From the NCBI RefSeq assembly GCF_036971445.1, contig NC_091471.1, positions 359,724,001 to 359,788,000 on the forward strand: 64,000 bases of DNA. The letters are read 5' to 3'. The stretch's first letter is position 1, and the number at the start of each line of letters is the position of its first letter. The DNA comes from Narcine bancroftii. Lineage: Eukaryota. Shown piece after piece: positions 62,826 through 64,000 of this stretch. Below the pieces are notes generated by a model, which did not search any database, had not been told where the DNA came from, and saw only the letters and a list, made by a program, of their open reading frames with translations. Position numbers and translations under genes: made by a program.

Positions 62826-64000
62826 GCGGACAAGACGTACTTGACTCATCAGTACCAGTCATGGCGTTGTTAATCTGTGTTTTCATGAGCATGGCTGTGT
62901 GTTTTTTACTCATCGTCTTCTCGATCCAAAGCATCGTGTATTTAACTAACACGGCTCCAAAAAGGAAGTGCTCTGTCTTGTGCTTCGATAAAGTATCTGA
63001 CACCTTATGAAGAACTTTACACATTTTGTTTCCACATGTGATGCCTGCCAATAAATTGAGGTTGACGTCTCATTAGAAGTGAAACTGAATCTCTGGGTAA
63101 GATGATCATTGGATCCTGTGACTGGTTCCAATAACTTGTTCTGTTACAAATATAATTAATTTAGCATGTCAGACTGTTCCATAAATAAGAACATTAATCC
63201 ACTAAGCAAACATTTGTTCTGCAGTTCATTCAGTTCACTGTCAAATGAATGTGTATTAAAAGAATTCGACAAGTGGAATTGATGAAGTGAGTATTTATCC
63301 TACCTCAGTTTTCTACTGCCATGATTTTACATTGCTGTGGAGAAATTGTACCATTACCATTGCTGGATATGATTAATCATAAGGATTTTTAAAATAATGA
63401 GCTTTGTTGAATTGGGCATCACTCAACAATGGTCCAGACTTTGAGGTGACAGTGACAGTTCGCAATCAATGTTCTATGATACTGACAGAAACTTCATGAA
63501 CACACTCAGAGAAAATGCACAAGTTGCTCCACCCTTCTTCGGTGTAGACTGTTATAATCAGTAAATTGATCAAAACTTAAATCTCCCTGTAAAGTACCCA
63601 GAAAATATACAACATTGTATATTTGCAGCTTAAAAACTTAATGCCCCTAAAAAAAAATTAAAATAATAAATATTGGGTTTTTTGGTTTGTTATTTCAGTT
63701 TCTATTTTATTATGTGTCTGTTCTCATTTTTATTCTGGATAAATGGTTTAAACTTGACTTCATCTGTGCGACATTTTACTGAGATTCACAGAGCAGCTAG
63801 CTTCATGGTATCCTTATTAAGATTTGCCAGAGATTTTCCAGAACTTGTTGTTGACAGTAAGCAGAATGGAGGAACTTCATGGTGCAGGTGGCTTCATCTT
63901 TCCTGAAACTTTGCTCAATGTCAACACTGAATACTTGTTATCTGCTTATATTTCTTTGGTTAGATGTTTTATACTGTGTACAGTTAATTTTTTGCATTAG

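Overview
This is AT-rich, repeat-dense vertebrate DNA. Its repeat families (CR1/HER1-type LINEs, V-SINEs, DeuSINE remnants, Rex1/Babar, RTE, Penelope, a 44-bp minisatellite) point to a cartilaginous fish, probably a ray or shark (inference). I cannot support any host protein-coding exon, so the window reads as intergenic or deep intronic. Main elements: a near full-length CR1 LINE (41030-45270, minus; zinc finger/coiled coil plus SGNH esterase ORF1, APE-RT ORF2), two 5'-truncated RTE copies with TSDs, a decayed Penelope element with a GIY-YIG remnant, several Rex1 copies including a nested stack, short solo LTRs with TSDs, and hAT, pogo/Tc1 and MULE-like non-autonomous DNA elements. Best leads: (1) a canonical U_UUA_AAC -1 frameshift heptamer directly before the CR1 ORF1 stop, whose -1 frame is the ORF2 frame; (2) dispersed, often palindromic Penelope-terminal mini-elements carrying minimal hammerhead-ribozyme cores; (3) a young 206-bp CpG-rich, highly foldable unit present twice with the same boundaries; (4) an unexplained ~500-bp duplication with a 40-bp identical core. 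All alignments and folds were done by eye, so most boundaries are approximate.
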